DNA from: an uncultured Chitinophagaceae bacterium
GTDB lineage: Bacteria; Bacteroidota; Bacteroidia; Chitinophagales; Chitinophagaceae
Direction of reading: 5' to 3'
Assembly: GCA_963783125.1 (NCBI GenBank)
Contig: CAWAMQ010000009.1
Coordinates: forward strand, 5,474-69,473
DNA: 64,000 nucleotides
Shown here: positions 9,179 to 20,430 of the stretch, one piece after another
Layout of the letters: the number at the start of each line of letters is the position of its first letter
Position numbering within the stretch: position 1 is the stretch's first letter
Made by a program: the position numbers and the translations under genes
Notes under the pieces: generated by a model
Told to the model about the DNA's origin: nothing
What the model saw: the letters and a program-made list of their open reading frames with translations, nothing else
Database searches by the model: none

Positions 9179-11935
9179 ATGTCAAAAAATAAAAAGGGAG
9201 ATAAATATGTTTACTTCTTTGGCGGCGGGAAAGCAGACGGAAACGAATCTTTAAAAAATTTGTTAGGAGGAAAAGGTGCGAACCTTGCCGAGATGGCCGG
9301 CCATCCAAAACTTAAATTGCCAGTCCCCCCGGGTTTTACCATCACAACCGAAGTATGCACTCACTATTACCAAAACAATAAAACTTATCCCAAAAAATTA
9401 AAAGCCGATACCGAAAAAGCGCTTGCCAAAATGGAAAAGCTTACCGGTAAAAAATTCGGCAATGAAAAAAATCCGTTGCTGGTGTCAGTTCGTTCAGGAG
9501 CAAGGAAAAGTATGCCTGGTATGATGGAAACCATTCTCAATGTTGGCTTAACCCAAAAGACAATTGAGGGATTGATTGCTCAAAGTGGCGATGAAAGATT
9601 TGCGTATGACGCATACAGGAGATTGATAATGATGTATGCCGATGTGGTGATGGAAAAAGGTGCCGGCATGGAAGTTAAAAATGGAAAAGGAATAAGAAAA
9701 ATCCTGGATGAAAAACTCGAAGCGGTTAAGCATAAAAACAAATATCAAATTGACACAGATCTTACAGTTGAAGATCTAAAAGAACTTGTTGTCGATTATA
9801 AAAAGACAGTTAAAGAAGTATTAGGCAAAGAATTTCCTGATGACGCAATGAAACAGTTATGGGGAGGCATTGGTGCGGTGTTCAGCAGTTGGAACGGAAA
9901 GCGCGCCAAAGAATACCGGCACATTGAAAAAATTCCTGACGAATGGGGGACTGCCGTGAATGTACAATCGATGGTGTTTGGAAATATGGGAGATGACAGT
10001 TGCACAGGCGTAGGTTTTACAAGAAATCCCGGCACGGGCGAAAATAAATTTTATGGCGAATATCTTGTAAATGCACAAGGCGAGGATGTAGTGGCCGGCA
10101 CGAGGACACCGGCACCCGTAAATGAGTATTCAAAAAATGCTCAAAGCAAGCAGTTGAAAACGCTGGAAAAAACGATGCCGCGGCTTTATAAAGAACTTTA
10201 CACTTACCAAAATAAGCTGGAGAAGCATTATAAAGACATGCAGGACATTGAGTTTACCATTGAGAAAGGTAAATTGTATATGCTTCAATGCCGGGTTGGT
10301 AAGCGAAATGGAATAGCTGCCGTGAGAATGGCTACAGAAATGTATCGAGAAAAATTGATCGATGCCAAGACCGCAGTAAAACGCGTGGCGCCCAATCAAT
10401 TGATAGAACTTTTACTTCCCATGCTTGATCCAAAGGCAGAGCAACTCAAAAAGCCGATCGCCAAAGGTCTGCCGGCAGGGCCGGGTGGGGCCAAAGGCCG
10501 CGTGGTCTTCACTTCAGATGATGCAGTGGAATGGGCATCGAAAGGCGAAAAAGTGATTTTGGTAAGAGAAGAAACATCGCCGGAAGATGTAGATGGAATG
10601 CACAAATCGCAGGCAATTTTAACCACAAAAGGCGGAATGACATCACATGCTGCATTGGTGGCAAGAGGATGGGGAAAGTGTTGCATCGTCGGCTGCGGCA
10701 ATATTGAAATCCATTCTGACGCAAGGACCTTTCATTCAAAAGATGGCGTTGTTATCAAAGAAGGAGACTGGATCAGTTTGAACGGAACAAAAGGCCTGGC
10801 TTACGAAGGCAGCCTTCCATTAACGGATATTGATATCGACAAGAATCAATCTTACAAGGATTTGATGAAGCTGGTTGATAAAATAAAAGTGATTGGTGTA
10901 CGTGCGAATGCAGAAACACCGGGCGATGCCACACAGGCAATGAAATTCGGAGCGCAGGGCATCGGCCTCTTCCGGACAGAACACATGTTTTATGGCGAAG
11001 GAAGCGAACAACCGCTGTTTCTTTTGCGCAAGATGATCGTGAGCAAAACACTGGAAGAAAGAAAAGCGGCGCTGGATGAATTGTACAAATATGTAAAGAA
11101 AGATGTGAAAGACACCCTTAAGATCATGAACGGTTACCCGGTTACCATTCGTCTTCTGGATCCACCGCTACACGAATTCGTTCCACACGATAAGGAAAAG
11201 TTGCACCAGCTGAGCAAAGAACTCGGAATTAGTATGAGCCTGCTACGAAGGCGTGTGCTGGCTTTGCACGAAAATAACCCGATGCTTGGGCACCGCGGCG
11301 TGAGGTTGGGCATCAGTTATCCGGAAATAACCGAAATGCAGATCAGGGCCATCTTTGAAGCAACTGCAGAATTATTAAAATCAGGCAAAAAGGCTTTCCC
11401 TGAAATAATGATCCCGGTTACGTGCACCGTAAACGAACTTATTCACCAGAAAAAGATTGTGGACAAAGTTTATAAAGAAGTATGTGAGAAATCAAAGTTG
11501 AAACAGATTCCATACCTCTACGGCACTATGATAGAAACACCGAGAGCGGCTATCAAAGCCGGAAGGATGGCCGAAGCAGCGGATTTCTTTAGCTTTGGCA
11601 CCAATGATCTTACACAAATGAGTTTTGGTTTCAGCCGGGACGACATTGGCGGATTTCTGCCGAACTATCTTGATCTTAAAATTTTGAGCGACGATCCTTT
11701 TCAAACGATTGACCAGAATGGAGTGGGAGAGCTGATAAAATTCGGTACAGAAAGAGGAAGGGAAACAAAGCCGAAATTGAAAGTCGGTATTTGCGGTGAA
11801 CATGGCGGCGATCCGGAAAGTGTAAAATTCTGTCACCGCATCGGGATGAATTATGTGAGTTGTTCACCATTTCGAGTACCAATAGCAAGATTGGCTGCTG
11901 CGCACGCAGAATTAGAAACTCCGCGAAAAAAATAG
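9179..11935 (+). CDS. ppdK: Pyruvate phosphate dikinase
   Basis: LLGGKGANLAEM, GGMTSHAA phospho-His, GIGLFRTEHMF, FSFGTNDLTQM, GICGEHGG; 918 aa. Confidence 0.98.
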   Translation: MSKNKKGDKYVYFFGGGKADGNESLKNLLGGKGANLAEMAGHPKLKLPVPPGFTITTEVCTHYYQNNKTYPKKLKADTEKALAKMEKLTGKKFGNEKNPLLVSVRSGARKSMPGMMETILNVGLTQKTIEGLIAQSGDERFAYDAYRRLIMMYADVVMEKGAGMEVKNGKGIRKILDEKLEAVKHKNKYQIDTDLTVEDLKELVVDYKKTVKEVLGKEFPDDAMKQLWGGIGAVFSSWNGKRAKEYRHIEKIPDEWGTAVNVQSMVFGNMGDDSCTGVGFTRNPGTGENKFYGEYLVNAQGEDVVAGTRTPAPVNEYSKNAQSKQLKTLEKTMPRLYKELYTYQNKLEKHYKDMQDIEFTIEKGKLYMLQCRVGKRNGIAAVRMATEMYREKLIDAKTAVKRVAPNQLIELLLPMLDPKAEQLKKPIAKGLPAGPGGAKGRVVFTSDDAVEWASKGEKVILVREETSPEDVDGMHKSQAILTTKGGMTSHAALVARGWGKCCIVGCGNIEIHSDARTFHSKDGVVIKEGDWISLNGTKGLAYEGSLPLTDIDIDKNQSYKDLMKLVDKIKVIGVRANAETPGDATQAMKFGAQGIGLFRTEHMFYGEGSEQPLFLLRKMIVSKTLEERKAALDELYKYVKKDVKDTLKIMNGYPVTIRLLDPPLHEFVPHDKEKLHQLSKELGISMSLLRRRVLALHENNPMLGHRGVRLGISYPEITEMQIRAIFEATAELLKSGKKAFPEIMIPVTCTVNELIHQKKIVDKVYKEVCEKSKLKQIPYLYGTMIETPRAAIKAGRMAEAADFFSFGTNDLTQMSFGFSRDDIGGFLPNYLDLKILSDDPFQTIDQNGVGELIKFGTERGRETKPKLKVGICGEHGGDPESVKFCHRIGMNYVSCSPFRVPIARLAAAHAELETPRKK

Positions 11936-12196
11936 ACAGTAAACCAACAAATAACAGGGATTTCTCTTTTGGTCCGGCAAAGAGATGGAGTGTTTATGAT
12001 CATCTTTCAACCAGAGATGAAGTTTGCCCCCTTTTGTCTGCACCGCACCATTAACGCAAGCGGCAGGTTATCCATACTTAAAAAATTTGCAAATAATGCC
12101 TTGAGTGAAATTTTGTAATACCTGGTTTTAACTCTTTATTGATTTTCGTTAATTTTAGAGAACAGAATATCTGCAACATCTTTTCACGCAAAGCTG

Positions 12197-13870
12197 ATGG
12201 AAAACGAATTGCTACATAAAGGGCGCCAGGAACTCTCAGAAGGCCATTGGTACGAAGCGAAAACGCTGTTGGAAAAGGCCGCCGGGGAAAATCCATCTGC
12301 TGAGGCTTTCCAGGAGCTGGCAGAAGCATGCTGGTGGGTAAACGATATCCCCGCCGTACTCGCATATCGTGAGAAGGCGTACCAACTTTATCTCGAAAAT
12401 GGCGACAAGTATGGCGCGGCCCGCAATGCGTGCTGGCTGGGCATCGACTACCTTGAACTCAAGGGTGAATTTGCTGTGGCAAACGGATGGTTTCAAAGTG
12501 CAGAAACGCTTCTGCAAGGATCGGGCCCGTGCCCTGAACTCGGATTCATGATGTTGTTGAAAGGCCGCAAGGCTTTTATAACAGAGCCCGGCAACGAAAA
12601 TGCATTAAAATTTCTCAACGAAAGTCTTGCAATATGCCGCTCCCTGGGAAACGTGGATGGCTCTATGATGGCCGCTGCAATGAAAGGATTTTTGCTCACG
12701 ACTGAAGGAAAGATCCCCGAAGGAATGGCGTTATTGGATGAAGCTACGCTTATCGCTACAAGTGAACAAACAAAGAACATCAATTTTGTAACACTTACCT
12801 GTTGTATGCTAATAGAAGCATGTGAACGGGTGCGGGATTTTGACCGTGCAGGCCAATGGTGCAGGAAGGTGAAAGAAATATGTACCCGATGGCATTTTGA
12901 CGCCATGTTCGCTTCCTGTCGTAATCTATATGCATCTGTATTGGTGTGGATGGGTGAATGGAAGGAAGCAGAAACGGAACTTCTTGCAGCCAGGGACGAG
13001 CTGGAAAAGATGCGTCCGGCTTATGCGACCGCATCTGTGATAAGGCTTGCCGATCTTCGCAGGAAGCAGGGCCGGTGGGATGAGACGAAGAACCTGCTGG
13101 AGGAAGCTGACTCTCATTCGCTTAAATTATTGAACTGCGCTGCCCTGGCATTTGATCAGGATGATTATGTTGCGGCCTCAAATTTTGCTGAAAGATTTTT
13201 ACGGCAGATTCCTTCAAAGGAAAAAACACGGAAGCCCGAAGGTCTTGAACTGCTTGTGAGGATATACGTGGCGCAGGAGCGTATGGATGAAGTAGTTGCG
13301 GTTTTGGGCGAGTTAAAAGAAATTGCCGTATTGATTGATACCCTTCCGATACGGGCGGCAGTTAAAAGTGCAGAAGGAATCGTAAGGAAAGCTCAGGGGA
13401 AATACAAGTCTGCAAAACTACTTCTAGAAGACGCCAGTGATATCTACGATGCCGTCATTGCGCCATACGAGTCAGCCCGCACCCGGCTTGAGTTGTCAGA
13501 GGTGCTTGCAACCCTGGGGCAATTTCACCTCGCCGAATCGGAATTAAATAAAGCGCTAAAAATATTTCAAAGACTGGGCGCAGAAAAGGACGTGGATAAA
13601 ACCCGGCTTCTACTTAAGAATATCCACAAAACGAACGCCGAACTACTGGCAATAGATAAGAAATTGAAGTTTACAGGCCGCGAACTGGAAGTCCTGAGAT
13701 TGATTGCGGAAGGAAAGACCAATGAAGAAATCGCAGAACAATTATTTCTCAGTGTTCGTACCATTGAAAAGCATATTACGAATTTATACCTGAAGATGGG
13801 TGTTTCAGGCAAATCTGCCCGGGCCTTTGCTGCATCCTACGCCATTCGACATCATCTTATTTTTGACTGA
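12197..13870 (+). CDS. TPR-repeat/LuxR-family transcriptional regulator (MalT-like C-terminal half)
   Basis: Helical repeats plus C-terminal LuxR HTH (FTGRELEVLRLIAEGKTNEEIAEQLFLSVRTIEKHITNLYLK); no receiver or ATPase domain visible. Confidence 0.9.
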   Translation: MENELLHKGRQELSEGHWYEAKTLLEKAAGENPSAEAFQELAEACWWVNDIPAVLAYREKAYQLYLENGDKYGAARNACWLGIDYLELKGEFAVANGWFQSAETLLQGSGPCPELGFMMLLKGRKAFITEPGNENALKFLNESLAICRSLGNVDGSMMAAAMKGFLLTTEGKIPEGMALLDEATLIATSEQTKNINFVTLTCCMLIEACERVRDFDRAGQWCRKVKEICTRWHFDAMFASCRNLYASVLVWMGEWKEAETELLAARDELEKMRPAYATASVIRLADLRRKQGRWDETKNLLEEADSHSLKLLNCAALAFDQDDYVAASNFAERFLRQIPSKEKTRKPEGLELLVRIYVAQERMDEVVAVLGELKEIAVLIDTLPIRAAVKSAEGIVRKAQGKYKSAKLLLEDASDIYDAVIAPYESARTRLELSEVLATLGQFHLAESELNKALKIFQRLGAEKDVDKTRLLLKNIHKTNAELLAIDKKLKFTGRELEVLRLIAEGKTNEEIAEQLFLSVRTIEKHITNLYLKMGVSGKSARAFAASYAIRHHLIFD

Positions 13871-13984
13871 TACACTACAGTCTTCGCAAAAAATACGTGT
13901 TGCGGTAAAAAAATTACGTAGTACCGCGCTATTCTGCTATTTCCATTGTTTCTATTTTGCAGGCATCACCAAAAACATGTTGTC

Positions 13985-15124
13985 ATGCAAACAGATCACA
14001 TTGAAAAATACAAAGTAATTGTAATAGGCGGCGGACAAGCCGGACTTTCGATGGGGTACTACCTGTCGAAGTATAGAATACCTTTTATAATACTTGATGC
14101 CTCAGAAAGAGTGGGAGATGCATGGCGCAAGCGTTGGGATTCGTTGCGCCTGTTTACGCCGGCGAGATACGATGAATTGCCCGGGTTTCCCTTTCCGGCG
14201 CCGCGACATTCGTTCCCTACAAAAGATGAAATGGCGGATTACCTGGAATCCTATGCCAAGCATTTTAATTTGCCGGTTCGTTCATCCACGACGGTACACG
14301 AATTGAGTCGCGACCGTAACCGGTATCTTGTCAGGGCTGGCGATCAATGTTTCGAGACCGAACATGTTGTGGTTGCCATGTCAAATTATCAATACCCTAA
14401 AATCCCTTCCATGGCCAAAGCACTCAAAAGTGATATTGTACAGTTGCATTCACATGCCTACAAAAACCTTTCGCAGTTGCAGGAGGGGCCGGTGCTGGTT
14501 GTGGGCTCAGGCAACTCAGGTGCTGAAATTGCATTGGAGGCGGCAAAAACACATTCCGTATTTCTTGCCGGAAGAGATACGGGCCATATTCCCTTTGATA
14601 TTGAAAGTAATATCGGCAAAAGATTTCTTGTCACTCTGGTGATACGATTCCTTTTTTTTAAGATATTAAAAACCAGTAATTTTTTGGGTAGAAAAGCAAG
14701 GGAAAAAGTGATTAATATTGGAGGTCCTCTCATCCGTCATAAGCCGAAAGATTTTCGTTTGGCTGGCATAGTTAGGACTGGCCGGATGACGGGTGTAAAA
14801 GACGGTAAGCCTGTCGTTGATGATAAGGTGCTGGATATTAAAAATGTGGTATGGTGTACCGGCTATTATCCCCGGTTCTCGTGGATTGATCTGCCTGTGT
14901 TCGGGGAAAATGATCAGCCAAAGCAAAATCGTGGCGTAGCTGATGATGAGCCAGGGTTGTATTTTCTCGGATTGCATTTTCTTTATGCGCTCTCGTCAGC
15001 AATGATCCATGGGGCACCACGCGATGCAAAGTTCATTGCAGGGGTAATAAGGAAGCGTTTGAGCGAATCCAGTATCGGGATGGGAACCCATAGGATGAAA
15101 AAGGCGATTGCACCTGTTTCGTAA
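13985..15124 (+). CDS. Flavin-containing monooxygenase-like FAD/NAD(P) oxidoreductase (CzcO/TrkA-like)
   Basis: GGGQAG FAD motif, WRKRWDSLRL, QLHSHAY, VVGSGNSG NADPH motif, WCTGY; likely start ATG 13985. Confidence 0.9.
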   Translation: MQTDHIEKYKVIVIGGGQAGLSMGYYLSKYRIPFIILDASERVGDAWRKRWDSLRLFTPARYDELPGFPFPAPRHSFPTKDEMADYLESYAKHFNLPVRSSTTVHELSRDRNRYLVRAGDQCFETEHVVVAMSNYQYPKIPSMAKALKSDIVQLHSHAYKNLSQLQEGPVLVVGSGNSGAEIALEAAKTHSVFLAGRDTGHIPFDIESNIGKRFLVTLVIRFLFFKILKTSNFLGRKAREKVINIGGPLIRHKPKDFRLAGIVRTGRMTGVKDGKPVVDDKVLDIKNVVWCTGYYPRFSWIDLPVFGENDQPKQNRGVADDEPGLYFLGLHFLYALSSAMIHGAPRDAKFIAGVIRKRLSESSIGMGTHRMKKAIAPVS

Positions 15125-15283
15125 CAGTTCTGACAGTGATATGCGATGGGATTTTTTTATAAGCGATTTAAGCCCATGAAAATTACAGTAAACAAAGAAA
15201 TAAAAAGGATTTCTCTTTAGATCATGGTAAAAAAAATGAAGAACTTTTCGGTTCTTCATTTTTAAAAACTTTGTTCGAAAGAT

Positions 15284-17728
15284 TTATTTCACCCGCGCTT
15301 CTTTGCTGATAAAATCACCGGTCTTTAGTATATAATCGCTATACTTCTGTTGGATGGATGCAGGTTCTTTTTCGCCATTGATGTACAATTCTCCTTTCGC
15401 AACAGCCACAGAAAATGTATTGTTGGTGATTAAATGATCATCTTCAAGTACGTTGATAAAATTTTGAACTTCTTTTTCCGCTACCGCACGATCTGAACCC
15501 GGTGGTGTAATCAACGTCCATTGGTTCCGGTTAACAGGCTCTTCCGCAGCGGCTTTGTTCATATTATTAAGCGCTTCAATTTTTTGTTGCCTTTCAGCAT
15601 TTATCTTGGATGCAAAATTATGCGCCAGGGTAGGAGCAATAACCAAAGAAACAATACTCATTAACTTAATAAGAATGTTCATGCTTGGCCCTGAAGTATC
15701 TTTAAAAGGATCACCAACGGTATCACCGGTAACTGAAGCTTTGTGCGGTTCAGAACCTTTATAGTGAGTTTCATTATTAATTAAAGCACCTTTTTCAAAA
15801 GATTTTTTTGCATTGTCCCATGCACCACCTGCGTTGTTCTGGAATATTCCCATCAAAACACCAGTTACAGTAGCCCCTGCCAAAAATCCACCTAACACCT
15901 GCGGGCCAAAAATAAAACCAATGATAACAGGAGAAAGCAGCGCAATGGCACCCGGTAACATCATTTTCCTGATGGAGGCATTGGTTGAAATGGCAACACA
16001 TTTTTCATATTCAGGTTTTCCTTTACCTTCCATAATTCCCGGAATGGTGCGGAACTGGCGGCGTACTTCTTCCACCATTGCCATGGCGGCTTCACCCACA
16101 GCACGAATGGCCAAAGAGGAAAAGATAAAAGGAATCATTGCACCAACAAATAAGCCGGCCAATACATCGGCGCGGTAAATATCAATACCATCAATTTTGG
16201 CAATGCCCACAAAGGCAGCAAACAAGGCGAGAGAAGTTAGTGCAGCGGAGGCGATCGCAAAACCCTTTCCTGTTGCAGCTGTAGTATTTCCTACTGCATC
16301 AAGAATGTCTGTTTTTTCACGTACATCTTTAGGTAATTCACACATTTCTGCAATTCCGCCCGCGTTATCAGCAATGGGCCCAAACGCGTCAATCGCCAAT
16401 TGCATAGCTGTTGTTGCCATCATACCCGCAGAAGCGATAGCCACGCCATATAAGCCCGCGGCATAATAAGAAAGGTAAATTCCGGAGGCCAAAACCAGGA
16501 TTGGAAATAGTGTGCTCTCCATTCCGACGGCAAGCCCGCCAATGATATTGGTAGCATGGCCTGTGGAAGACTGGCGAACGATTGTTAACACAGGCCTTTT
16601 TCCCATGGCAGTATAAAATTCTGTAATGAAACTGATCAGTGTTCCAACTACAAGACCAACTATTATAGCGCCATAAACACCATATTTTGTAAAATGATAA
16701 TTTCTGAGAACCATATCGGAATCAGGCAAAAGCCATGTTACCAAAAAGTAGGCTGCAATAGCCGTCAGGACGATGGCGCCCCAGTTTCCGAGGTTAAGCG
16801 CTTTTTGTACTACCGCAGTATGCAAACCTGATTTATCAGATATTTTTACAAAGAAAGTACCAATGATCGAGAAAAGAATTCCCATTGACGCGATAAGCAT
16901 CGGCAATAAAATCGGAGCCATTCCTCCAAAAGCATCCTGCGAAATCGTTTCTCTTCCCAAAACCATGGTAGCCAAAATAGTTGCTACATACGATCCGAAA
17001 AGATCAGCGCCCATTCCGGCCACATCACCTACGTTATCACCTACATTATCTGCGATAGTAGCAGGATTTCGCGGATCATCTTCCGGAATACCGGCTTCTA
17101 CTTTTCCTACGAGATCGGCACCCACATCAGCCGCTTTGGTATAGATACCGCCGCCTACTCTTGCAAACAACGCAATACTTTCTGATCCAAGACTAAAACC
17201 TGTAAGTATTTCAATGGTACGCTCCATCTCAAAGCTGTTGGCAGCCGCATGAGGAGCGAAAATAAATTTCAAAATGATATAAAGGCCTCCGAGACCTAAA
17301 ACGGCTAAACCTGTAACACCAAGTCCCATTACACTTCCGCCGGTAAAGGAAACTTTTAGCGCCTGGGCCAAACTTGTCCTTGCAGCCTGTGTGGTACGTA
17401 CGTTCGCTTTAGTAGCCACTTTCATACCGATGAAGCCGGCAAGGGCACTAAAAAAGCCACCACAAATAAATGAGATAGCAATGCTCCAGCTACTGTTGGC
17501 ACTGCTGTACCCCATGATGCCCAACAAAATCGCTGCGATAATAACGAAGTAAGATAGTATCTTCCATTCTGCTTTCAAAAACGCCATAGCGCCATCGGCG
17601 ATGTAGGTACTAATCTCTTTCATCCTTTCGTTTCCTGCGTCTTGTTTAGATACCCAGGAAAACTTTATAAAAGTGTAGAGCAACCCAACAATTCCCATCG
17701 CCGGTATTACATAAATCAAATTATCCAT
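15284..17728 (-). CDS. hppA: Membrane-bound ion-pumping pyrophosphatase, predicted K+-dependent H+-PPase, with C-terminal extension
   Basis: [49 protein letters not shown]; about 16 TM segments. Confidence 0.95.
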   Translation of the reverse strand: MDNLIYVIPAMGIVGLLYTFIKFSWVSKQDAGNERMKEISTYIADGAMAFLKAEWKILSYFVIIAAILLGIMGYSSANSSWSIAISFICGGFFSALAGFIGMKVATKANVRTTQAARTSLAQALKVSFTGGSVMGLGVTGLAVLGLGGLYIILKFIFAPHAAANSFEMERTIEILTGFSLGSESIALFARVGGGIYTKAADVGADLVGKVEAGIPEDDPRNPATIADNVGDNVGDVAGMGADLFGSYVATILATMVLGRETISQDAFGGMAPILLPMLIASMGILFSIIGTFFVKISDKSGLHTAVVQKALNLGNWGAIVLTAIAAYFLVTWLLPDSDMVLRNYHFTKYGVYGAIIVGLVVGTLISFITEFYTAMGKRPVLTIVRQSSTGHATNIIGGLAVGMESTLFPILVLASGIYLSYYAAGLYGVAIASAGMMATTAMQLAIDAFGPIADNAGGIAEMCELPKDVREKTDILDAVGNTTAATGKGFAIASAALTSLALFAAFVGIAKIDGIDIYRADVLAGLFVGAMIPFIFSSLAIRAVGEAAMAMVEEVRRQFRTIPGIMEGKGKPEYEKCVAISTNASIRKMMLPGAIALLSPVIIGFIFGPQVLGGFLAGATVTGVLMGIFQNNAGGAWDNAKKSFEKGALINNETHYKGSEPHKASVTGDTVGDPFKDTSGPSMNILIKLMSIVSLVIAPTLAHNFASKINAERQQKIEALNNMNKAAAEEPVNRNQWTLITPPGSDRAVAEKEVQNFINVLEDDHLITNNTFSVAVAKGELYINGEKEPASIQQKYSDYILKTGDFISKEARVK

Positions 17729-17757
17729 ATCAGGTGATTACTTATTTTTTAGGGCTG

Positions 17758-17765
17758 CAAAAATA
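17758..17765 (-). promoter_or_regulatory. Bacteroidota -7 promoter box for hppA
   Basis: Minus-strand TATTTTTG (TAnnTTTG) 30 nt upstream of the ATG. Confidence 0.55.
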
Positions 17766-17982
17766 GGGTAAAAAGGCAATATTAAAAATGTTTGATAAAA
17801 CTGTTTACCACCGTTACATATTCGCTAACAGAGATTTTTTTGCGTATCCAAAAAATTAAGAGTCAAAAGTCACAGTGTCGTAACGGCATGCTTATAATAT
17901 TAAGTCTATATCGCCACCACGGAATTTTGCGCCATTAAAGTTAAAATAGATATTTTTGTACCAAACACATCCCTGATATTAC

Positions 17983-18897
17983 ATGCGAGATCGCAAAGCC
18001 TTATACCTGCTTATTTTCAGTCTTACGGCCATTACTATTTCCTTTATATTAATTACCATTTGGGGATATCATTTTTATTTTTCAAAAAAAGATACGCCAG
18101 CCATTGCGGCCACAGATACGACGACGGTAGTACGCAATGCATCTCCAAAGGATTCGCTCCTTGCTTTGTTCAATGCCACCATCGATCAACTGAACAACCC
18201 TGCTGATTCAGTCATTATTGATACTTCGGGTGACAAAACGTTGGCAAAAAAACTGGAGGAATATAACAAACTGAGAAGCGAAATCGCGGAGATGTTACGC
18301 AATAAAACATCAGCGGAAGACATGTCTCAAACCAGCCAGAAAATTTCGCAACTTCAACAAAGTGTCGAAGCTTTAAAAAGTCAAAATGAGCAGGTGGCCG
18401 CAGAAAATGAACGTTTAAACAAAATGGTCAACCAACTGATACAGCAAAAAGGCGCTTCACCGGCGCGCGCTACCAAAACAAAAAAAACAGCGGTATCAGC
18501 GTCTTCATTACCGGTGCTAGTCGCGCATCTGCGTTTTATGGGCTTATCAATTAGCAACAACAAAAGTGAACCCACCAACATCGCAGCCAAAACTGAAAGG
18601 TTATATGGTTCGTTCCAGGTGAATATAAAACCCACCAATACCAATCCCTATATTTATATAATCGTTATTCAGCCAAATGGTCAGCCATTAATAAATCCTT
18701 CTGTAAAACCCGGCACCTTTTCAACACAGGCAGGGCCTAAAACCTATTCCACCTATATTCGCTTTGACAATGTGAAGGATAATGGAAACCGGTTGGTATT
18801 TTCTATCGATTCGCCCAACTTTCAAAAAGGAAAATACGCGATGCAGATCTATCACCAGGGTGTGCTGATCGGGCGGCTTACGAGGACATTGTATTAG
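17983..18897 (+). CDS. Hypothetical membrane-anchored coiled-coil protein with C-terminal beta domain
   Basis: N-terminal TM, central heptad region (QKISQLQQSVEALKSQNEQVAAENERL), beta-rich C-terminus. Confidence 0.75.
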   Translation: MRDRKALYLLIFSLTAITISFILITIWGYHFYFSKKDTPAIAATDTTTVVRNASPKDSLLALFNATIDQLNNPADSVIIDTSGDKTLAKKLEEYNKLRSEIAEMLRNKTSAEDMSQTSQKISQLQQSVEALKSQNEQVAAENERLNKMVNQLIQQKGASPARATKTKKTAVSASSLPVLVAHLRFMGLSISNNKSEPTNIAAKTERLYGSFQVNIKPTNTNPYIYIIVIQPNGQPLINPSVKPGTFSTQAGPKTYSTYIRFDNVKDNGNRLVFSIDSPNFQKGKYAMQIYHQGVLIGRLTRTLY

Positions 18898-19008
18898 CCT
18901 GGTTGCAGTAAACGGACAAATATTAGTGATTTTCAATTAGGCCTTAACCATCCGCGATATAAAACAAAAATGTGTTGAGTTTGTCTTTCTACTGTGTTTC
19001 AAAAAAAA

Positions 19009-19029
19009 GACAACCTTTTTGGGGTTGTC
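19009..19029 (-). terminator. Intrinsic terminator between convergent genes
   Basis: GACAACC-loop-GGTTGTC hairpin with an A8 tract on the left (U tract on the minus strand) after the helicase. Confidence 0.6.
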
Positions 19030-19052
19030 AATATAATAAGGATCAAAAAAAA

Positions 19053-20291
19053 TTAGCGTCCCTGGCTCCAGCTTCTTGCCCTCCTGAAACCACTGTGTGA
19101 TGCAGGTTTCCTGTTCATCAGGTTGTTTTTATTAACGGGTGTTTGTACAAATTGAAGTTTACTTGCATATGGATGATCTTCAACTACGGGAATTGTTTTT
19201 TCAATCAGCTTGTGAATATCACGCAGGTAAGCTCTTTCTTCCATGTCACAAAAAGAAAGCGCAGATCCGGAGTTGCCGGCCCTGCCTGTACGACCAATAC
19301 GATGTACATATGTTTCGGGGATATTCGGCAATTCAAAATTGATCACATGGCTCAGGTCATCCACATCAATCCCACGGGCGGCGATGTCTGTTGCTACCAG
19401 CACGCGGATTTTTCCGTCTTTAAAATTACTTAATGCCTTTTGCCTTGCACTTTGGGTTTTGTTACCATGTATCGCATCTGATTTGATATTAGCCCGGTGA
19501 AGCGTGCGCGCAATTTTATCCGCTCCATATTTGGTTCTGGTAAAAACCAATGCATTTTGAATGGTTCCGTTTTTAAGAAGATGTATCAGCAACTCACGCT
19601 TGTCATTTTTTTCCACAAGGTAAATTTGCTGGTCTACATTTTCAGCAGTTGATGAAACCGGCGTTACTTCTATTCTTACAGGATTAGTCAATATAGAAGC
19701 CGAAAGCCGGGTAATTTCCGGGGGCATTGTCGCCGAGAAAAACAAAGTTTGTCTCTTTTCCGGGAGAATGGCAATGATCTTCCTGACATCATTGATAAAA
19801 CCCATGTCCAGCATGCGATCGGCCTCATCCAATACAAACATTTCAAGGCTTTTCAGATTCACAAATTTCTGGGCGATTAAATCCAGCAACCTGCCTGGTG
19901 TAGCAATTAACACGTCTACGCCTTTGCGTAATTGGGTAGTTTGATGATACTGTGAAACACCTCCAAAAATTACCGCGTGTTTTATGCCGGTATGCTTGCC
20001 GTAGGCTTCAAAACTTTCGTCAATTTGTATTGCCAGCTCGCGGGTAGGTGTTAAGATCAATGCTTTGATATGTGTATGCCCGTTTTCTTTTCCCTGCAAA
20101 ACCAGGTTTTGCAAAATGGGAATGGCAAAAGCAGCCGTTTTTCCTGTGCCTGTTTGTGCGCAACCTAAAAGATCTTTGCCACGAAGTACGTGCGGGATTG
20201 CCTGTTCCTGTATGGGCGTTGGTTCTGTATAACCTTCTGTTTCCAGCGCCTTTAATATAGGCGCGATTAAATGTAATTCTTTAAATAACAA
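19053..20291 (-). CDS. DEAD-box RNA helicase (RhlE-like)
   Basis: Q motif, AQTGTGKT, PTRELA, DEAD, SAT, HRIGRTGR; TTG start. Confidence 0.96.
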   Translation of the reverse strand: MLFKELHLIAPILKALETEGYTEPTPIQEQAIPHVLRGKDLLGCAQTGTGKTAAFAIPILQNLVLQGKENGHTHIKALILTPTRELAIQIDESFEAYGKHTGIKHAVIFGGVSQYHQTTQLRKGVDVLIATPGRLLDLIAQKFVNLKSLEMFVLDEADRMLDMGFINDVRKIIAILPEKRQTLFFSATMPPEITRLSASILTNPVRIEVTPVSSTAENVDQQIYLVEKNDKRELLIHLLKNGTIQNALVFTRTKYGADKIARTLHRANIKSDAIHGNKTQSARQKALSNFKDGKIRVLVATDIAARGIDVDDLSHVINFELPNIPETYVHRIGRTGRAGNSGSALSFCDMEERAYLRDIHKLIEKTIPVVEDHPYASKLQFVQTPVNKNNLMNRKPASHSGFRRARSWSQGR

Positions 20292-20430
20292 GTTTATTGT
20301 TTTAATATAAATAATAACTTCCCTGAAAATTGGTTTCTGAAAGTCTGTTTGTAAGTATGCTCAACGACCTATGACTTGATGAGCTTTTGGTAAAGAAGAT
20401 CCAGTCTGCTAAGTAGGAGAATAATTTTTG

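Noticed and set aside
15284-17728. Annotation as a sodium-translocating PPase
   Set aside because: It lacks the helix-6 Glu typical of Na+-PPases and has the helix-5 Glu of the F. johnsoniae-type H+-PPase.
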